From Nanobdellati archaeon (GTDB lineage: Archaea; EX4484-52; WAPT01), in assembly GCA_015520605.1 (NCBI GenBank), contig WAPT01000017.1, forward strand, positions 1-21,896: a stretch of DNA of 21,896 bases. The letters are read 5' to 3'. The notes beneath the pieces were generated by a model that saw only the letters and a list, made by a program, of their open reading frames with translations, had not been told where the DNA came from and made no database searches. How positions within the stretch are numbered: the first letter of the stretch is position 1; each line of letters starts with the position of its first letter. The position numbers were made by a program, and so were the translations under genes. Below are positions 16,962 to 21,896 of the stretch, one piece after another.

Positions 16962-17975
16962 TCATGTGTAGGGTTTTATCTCTATTTTCTTTTCCATAAA
17001 TGTTGAATAAATATACTTCGCGGCCACATCAAATCTGTATGGTGTGAGAATTTCCACATTGGGGACTCTGAACTCACAGTAAAATCGGGAAGAATGCCTG
17101 CCATAGATCTTTAGCATTTCCATCGCGTTTTCTGTGCGCTTTACCGTGAGTTTATGTTCATTTTCGTTATTTTTGAACAACTCGCAGTTCTGTTCATTGA
17201 CAAAAAAATCTGGGGGGTACTTTACCATAAGGCTTAGAATTTCTGCTATACCATTCCCTAAGTTTTCCAAGGTGACGGGGAGTGAAAATGTGCCTCCTGC
17301 AGGATAGGGCTGATCCTCTGCATCCACCATCGCAACAACCGGCCCGAAAGTTGCTATATTGTTCCCTGCCATCGATAAGTCCCTCTTCGTGTAAATTCTC
17401 TGAGCAAGCTCTGTCGGGGATGCAAAGTAGATGTAAGCTGTTGTTTTTGCTTCGGAAATATAAGAAACCTTGAATTTGAATGTGCAATCGTAAGACATGC
17501 CGAAAATCTCTTTTTCGCTTGGTGCCGAGATCTTCCAGAAAAATACGGCAACATCTCCGGGTTTAAGCGGGTATACGCAAATCTTCTCTTTTTTACCATC
17601 GTAATTTATATCTACACTTTCTATTTTCAATTTTCCGGGGGACAGTATTCGAAACTCCTCGATTTTATACAGAGGTTCGCACACGCTGTAGAGGAGCAAC
17701 CCGCCGTTCAACTTGGACACACTACAACCATCGCCATTGCTAATGTTCACGAAGATATTAGCATTGGTCTGCCCTATGTTTTCGACCTCCATCCTGACAA
17801 GAATTGTTTCCCCTGGGTGGATATGTGTGGATGGGGCAATATCTAGTAACTTGATTTTTAAAAGCTCTGATTCCTTCACCTCTGTTTTCTTTGACCCAGT
17901 AGAAATGGGACCAACGCACTGAGACACCAAAACAATGAATGTTATTGAAAGCCAAATAAAAATCTTTTTATGCAT
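16962..17975 (-). CDS. Putative lipoprotein, paralog 1 of the array (more divergent, atypical lipobox)
   Basis: MHKK, hydrophobic stretch, VSQ-C20-VG; VENIG, FKVSY, FGPVVA, LENLGNG, FYC, KYIY. Confidence 0.85.
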   Translation of the reverse strand: MHKKIFIWLSITFIVLVSQCVGPISTGSKKTEVKESELLKIKLLDIAPSTHIHPGETILVRMEVENIGQTNANIFVNISNGDGCSVSKLNGGLLLYSVCEPLYKIEEFRILSPGKLKIESVDINYDGKKEKICVYPLKPGDVAVFFWKISAPSEKEIFGMSYDCTFKFKVSYISEAKTTAYIYFASPTELAQRIYTKRDLSMAGNNIATFGPVVAMVDAEDQPYPAGGTFSLPVTLENLGNGIAEILSLMVKYPPDFFVNEQNCELFKNNENEHKLTVKRTENAMEMLKIYGRHSSRFYCEFRVPNVEILTPYRFDVAAKYIYSTFMEKKIEIKPYT

Positions 17976-17986
17976 GTATCATAATT

Positions 17987-18820
17987 ATGCTGCATCTGAA
18001 ATATATATTTAATGAATACGTTATTCAACCACTATATCTGAATTCCGGATATAACATCGTGAACACAACAATTTATATTATTGTTTTTATGGTCGCACTG
18101 TTTTTAATCTATAAAGAATTATTTCTGAAAAAACGAATAATATTGAGCAATGAATTTCTTGTATCGCTTTCAGGCTGGATGGTGCTCGGGGGTGTGCTAC
18201 GGGTAATGAAAGATGCCGGGATCATCCACTCTCTGATCTTTGTCACGCCTTTCATTTACATCCTCATGTTTGTTTCCGTTCTCGTTGTTTACTTCATCAT
18301 GAAGTTCGCTCGTAAAAAAGGCGTAATTAAAAGCGAAGAGAGAGCATTACTATATACCGGATGGGCTCTGGTGTTAATTTCCATGTCTTTCTTAAAAATA
18401 AAGAACATTTTGGGGATGTCATATGCCCTAGGACTGTGGGGGGTTATGGGTTTATTTTTTTACATTATTTCCAGAAAAGTTAGACTGCTCGATGACGCGT
18501 GGAACTTTTTTGCACTACAAGCGCAGTTACTTGATGCGTGCGGGAGTTCTGTAGGTATAACATACTACGGTTTCTGGGAAAAACATGTGCTTGGACGCAC
18601 TTTAATAAAATTTCTGGAAGACCGTAGGTACTTCCTGATAAATGGTTCCGCCGCCTGGGTCATGATAGCTCTGAAGCTGATCACAGTACCTATAGCGCTC
18701 TGGCTCATAGACAGGTATGGTGAGAACGAACTGGAACGCAGATTTCTGAAACTGATCATAATTATTTTGGGTGTTGGCATAGGAACGAGAAACGTTCTTG
18801 CGATAGGGGTGTTCGGGTAA
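17987..18820 (+). CDS. DUF63 (COG1967) family multi-pass membrane protein; candidate AliA/AliB-like lipoprotein biogenesis protein
   Basis: GYNIVNT..Y, GGVLRVMKD, FVTPFIY, QLLD...S..G, EKHVL, LKL, LG.G.G.RN are DUF63 motifs as I recall them; about 8 hydrophobic segments. Confidence 0.85.
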   Translation: MLHLKYIFNEYVIQPLYLNSGYNIVNTTIYIIVFMVALFLIYKELFLKKRIILSNEFLVSLSGWMVLGGVLRVMKDAGIIHSLIFVTPFIYILMFVSVLVVYFIMKFARKKGVIKSEERALLYTGWALVLISMSFLKIKNILGMSYALGLWGVMGLFFYIISRKVRLLDDAWNFFALQAQLLDACGSSVGITYYGFWEKHVLGRTLIKFLEDRRYFLINGSAAWVMIALKLITVPIALWLIDRYGENELERRFLKLIIIILGVGIGTRNVLAIGVFG

Positions 18821-18836
18821 CTCCCAATGAGTTTAA

Positions 18837-21662
18837 TTATTTGCTGCACTCTGTTTTGCACGGATCTTCCGGCGACCAGTGACATTGCCCATTCTTGCAC
18901 TCGCATCTCTGTTCTATCACTTTCCATCCGTCCTTACAGGCACAGCACCACTTCCTTACGTTACCCTCATCTTTCTCAGTTTCGCATCTTTTGGAACCCG
19001 TCGGCATGAGTATATGATTGCCCAAATGTATCTCCTGAACTTTTTTACTCAATTTCAGAAAATCTATGTTTTTAGTTTTACTACTATTTGGGTATATCTC
19101 CGGATTCGCACATAGACACGGATATTCTATAGTGTAGTTGTCCTTCTTACAAAACTTCAGACAGAGACGTTCATGTTCGCCATCTGATTTATACCAGTCG
19201 TAAAGATAGAACGGAGGCTTTCTGCACATGCAACCCTTGTTCCCCACGACACCGTTATCCACGATAGAATTTGGGTCATAACGGTATGTACAGAACGAAT
19301 CCTGACAGACTTTGTTCGAAGGTAAAATTTTACCATAATTTCCTTTATACGGATTCAGATAATCAAAGTCTACCTTTGTTACATTCTTTATGAATTTTCT
19401 TACTTCCTGTGAGAGTATGTAACTCCCGTCACTTTTTTTATCGTCGGGGTTGAACCACAGAAAATACACCGGACAGACTTTATTCACGGGGTTTGAGGTC
19501 GATTGGCTGCATTTATCCTCTCCCTTAAGCGATTCATCTAACCGTAACTCATGTTTCTCTATAATGTTTGTTACGAATCTGTTTGCCCTTTTCATTAAGG
19601 TGTCGTAATCCAGTCCTCTATTGGATAACATATAATTTAGGGTGGAGGCGCACACACCAGTTTTACATTGAGAATTATCCTTACAGGGCATTCCCACATC
19701 GAGGTGGCACTCGTAGTTGTCCTTTTCGGGTTTATTTTTCATTGTCAGTTTCACGTACCCTCCGATGTTGCACACGCCTTTCTCATACTTAAATTCCATA
19801 TCATATATGTAGGACGAGTTGAGAACCAACGCTTGAGAAGATTCGAACAAAACGCTCACGAGCCCCACGGCTTCTGGAAGATTTATGTCGCTTCTCTTGA
19901 TCACTATGTTCTGATTGCACTTACTCCCCAACGGATCAAGCATTACATCCCCACACTCTACAGAATCGGCCCCGTAGTTTTTCAACGCGCAATACTTAAC
20001 TATTGCGGAGATCACCTTGATTATTGATTTCTTATCTGCCCTCACGGAACAAAGATACTTATTTTTACCCAGCGATTTTGAGAAAACACAGTTATTTTTA
20101 AGAACGGATTCGAATGTCGTTCCATTCTGCCTGTCCTTCGGTATGATGTTTTCGTTTATTTCCGTACACTTTTTGCTCTCAGGGGTCGCAACCACGGTAA
20201 AAGTCAGCGGTTTCTCGTATCTGAAAATGTACTCTATTTTGACCTTCACGACCTCCTCGGTGGATTGCAGAATATTCCCTCTGAACTGCACCTTGCAAGA
20301 AAAATATCTCGAATCTTTAGGCTGTATGCATCGTTTAGTGCTTTCCTTCATGATCTTGATCCTATCCTTCCCGTTTTTTAGATCAAGGGGTTCAAGGACC
20401 CGATAAACATTGTATCCGTCCTGACTCTCAACTTTCTTTCCCTCGACCTTCTTCCAACCGCATTCGGGTTTTATGTTTTTCGGAAGGTAAACGTATATCG
20501 CTTTTATGAACGCGTTGCCGTTTCTTTCGTTCACCACACCCACATAGAGTGTGAAGTTAACCGCGTTGTTTTCTACTGGAATGGGCTGGAGTTTGCTCGT
20601 TCTCAGTGTCACTTTGAAAGGTCCCGCGGAAGACACTGACAGCCTGTCTTCGGGCATTATTTTCTTTCTTTTGAGAAGTTCTAAGTAGTAGTCGTAATCT
20701 ATGAACTCTATTGTGGTGAGTCCTGTTACATTGTACTCGTATTCCAGAAAGGTCTTTAGCCTATAAGTACCGTCACAGTAAGGCGTGAGCAGCGTGAGAT
20801 CCTCGGTTATCATCTGGTTGGGACGGAGCGATGGTAGAGTTTTTACATACGCTCTTCCGAAGTATCTGCCCTCTTCACCTACCCGGGCACCACGCTTGTA
20901 AGCGAGATTACCGAGTACCGCTCCAAAACGAATCTGGCTTGAGGGTTTATCGCCCTTATTTTCTATGGTGAAGATTATGCTGGCCTCCTCATCACTGCTC
21001 GTTGACTTGTCAATTATCAGGGAGGGGTACGATTTCTCTGGTAGGATTTTGACTTTTTCTATTTCAACGCCCAAGCTTGTCTCTCCATTTTCCCGCTTTC
21101 CTTTTTTAACGAACTGTTTCTCGTACCATGCTTCGGGGTCTGTTAACGCCGTCCATGTGTCGTTGAAAAACGCGACTATCGCCTGCCATCCCGCCTGAAC
21201 ATTCTCACCCACACTGAGGGTTGTTCCGGTCGCTTCAGCCTTGGACTGAACGATAGGTCCCCACGCAAGCATCACGGGCATGCCCACCAGAGAATATATT
21301 CCAAGCAGTACCATGATTATTATGAAGCTTCCCTTCTCGTTGAGGTAAACGGATGCCAGAGCCGAGATACACAGAATGCTCAGGATTAAGTAAGAGATAC
21401 CGCCCAAGACCCCCGCAAAAAGGCCGTAGATGAAACTCACGAGCATTACGGCAAAAACCACACCCATACCCGCGATGGATCGCCACGAGGACTGTCTTAA
21501 GCGTTGTCCGATTAATTCCCGTCTCCTGTATATTTCAATCCCGATGAAGACCACCAGAATCGGTACGCTGATTGTTACTGTCAGAAAGATGTTGTTTTTT
21601 GTCAGTATGAACACTATTATGGCCGTCAGGGCCGAGATTATAGTTCCATAAACCACCGACAC
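18837..21662 (-). CDS. 941-aa membrane protein: about 5 N-terminal TM helices, one copy of the array domain, Cys-rich C-terminal region
   Basis: Hydrophobic N-terminal ~135 aa; GVEI..V.I.P, FTIENKG, LEYEY, SSAGPFKV, VVNERNG, FSC, EYIF match the four lipoproteins; 30 Cys in the last 443 aa; GGTGA SD 6 nt before the GTG. Confidence 0.88.
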   Translation of the reverse strand: MSVVYGTIISALTAIIVFILTKNNIFLTVTISVPILVVFIGIEIYRRRELIGQRLRQSSWRSIAGMGVVFAVMLVSFIYGLFAGVLGGISYLILSILCISALASVYLNEKGSFIIIMVLLGIYSLVGMPVMLAWGPIVQSKAEATGTTLSVGENVQAGWQAIVAFFNDTWTALTDPEAWYEKQFVKKGKRENGETSLGVEIEKVKILPEKSYPSLIIDKSTSSDEEASIIFTIENKGDKPSSQIRFGAVLGNLAYKRGARVGEEGRYFGRAYVKTLPSLRPNQMITEDLTLLTPYCDGTYRLKTFLEYEYNVTGLTTIEFIDYDYYLELLKRKKIMPEDRLSVSSAGPFKVTLRTSKLQPIPVENNAVNFTLYVGVVNERNGNAFIKAIYVYLPKNIKPECGWKKVEGKKVESQDGYNVYRVLEPLDLKNGKDRIKIMKESTKRCIQPKDSRYFSCKVQFRGNILQSTEEVVKVKIEYIFRYEKPLTFTVVATPESKKCTEINENIIPKDRQNGTTFESVLKNNCVFSKSLGKNKYLCSVRADKKSIIKVISAIVKYCALKNYGADSVECGDVMLDPLGSKCNQNIVIKRSDINLPEAVGLVSVLFESSQALVLNSSYIYDMEFKYEKGVCNIGGYVKLTMKNKPEKDNYECHLDVGMPCKDNSQCKTGVCASTLNYMLSNRGLDYDTLMKRANRFVTNIIEKHELRLDESLKGEDKCSQSTSNPVNKVCPVYFLWFNPDDKKSDGSYILSQEVRKFIKNVTKVDFDYLNPYKGNYGKILPSNKVCQDSFCTYRYDPNSIVDNGVVGNKGCMCRKPPFYLYDWYKSDGEHERLCLKFCKKDNYTIEYPCLCANPEIYPNSSKTKNIDFLKLSKKVQEIHLGNHILMPTGSKRCETEKDEGNVRKWCCACKDGWKVIEQRCECKNGQCHWSPEDPCKTECSK

Positions 21663-21674
21663 CGCATCTCACCT

Positions 21675-21896
21675 TTAGTCGTTAATTCTCATGAACAGAC
21701 CGATAAAGAGGGACGCGAGACCGTAAAGTACAAAAATCCAGATTGATGGAGAGTTCGGAACCCTTGTTGTGAGCGCACCGATCAACAGGAATGATAAAAA
21801 ATAAATTATGGATTCCGCCAGTCGTTCCCACGTAACAGATTTGATGGTGCTGGCTATCTTTTCTTTTCGGGAAGGGCTCGCTTGAACTTCATCTTC
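21675..21896 (-). CDS. 3' end of a membrane protein with two C-terminal TM helices (truncated by the window edge)
   Basis: Reads EDEVQASPSRKEKIASTIKSVTWERLAESIIYFLSFLLIGALTTRVPNSPSIWIFVLYGLASLFIGLFMRIND*; the stop is 12 nt before the next start and abuts its SD. Confidence 0.75.
   Translation of the reverse strand, partial: EDEVQASPSRKEKIASTIKSVTWERLAESIIYFLSFLLIGALTTRVPNSPSIWIFVLYGLASLFIGLFMRIND

Noticed and set aside
13956-17975. Array proteins as type IV pilins or archaellins
   Set aside because: The N-termini are basic-hydrophobic-Cys (lipobox) rather than class III signal peptides, and no assembly ATPase or TadC-like gene is in the window.
1669-21651. Remaining short ORF-track entries nested in or antisense to the called genes (e.g. 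1669-2190, 2850-3161, 6437-6883, 7381-7737, 13259-13645, 20017-20406)
   Set aside because: They overlap longer, motif-supported genes, lack SD or promoter support, and have shadow-like composition.
13956-21662. Diversity-generating retroelement or recent DNA-level duplication behind the paralog array
   Set aside because: No reverse transcriptase in the window and no near-identical TR/VR nucleotide pair noticed; similarity is visible only at the protein motif level.

Overview
Archaeal genomic DNA, most likely from a DPANN lineage (Aenigmarchaeota-like; this is an inference from GGTGA Shine-Dalgarno sites, TATA-type promoters, archaeal-type TpiA and the gene content). About 18 protein genes are present, two truncated by the window edges. 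I saw no rRNA, tRNA, CRISPR array or mobile element. Recognisable genes are tpiA, an AmmeMemoRadiSam radical-SAM enzyme, endonuclease Q, a DUF63 membrane protein, a DUF5667 protein, a bPH_2-type protein and a membrane-anchored wHTH protein. Most of the remainder encodes cell-envelope proteins. The most notable part is 13956-21662: four tandem lipobox proteins (all Cys-Val-Gly after the signal peptide) and a 941-aa multi-TM protein share one ~290-aa beta-rich domain that I can align by eye, and the 941-aa protein adds a 30-Cys tail. A DUF63 gene sits inside this array, head-to-head with the first lipoprotein (11 bp apart). I recall DUF63 as the family of the archaeal lipoprotein-biogenesis proteins AliA/AliB. 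The locus may therefore be an undescribed surface-complex module that carries its own lipidation enzyme. Several intergenic palindromes and tandem repeats are also reported.
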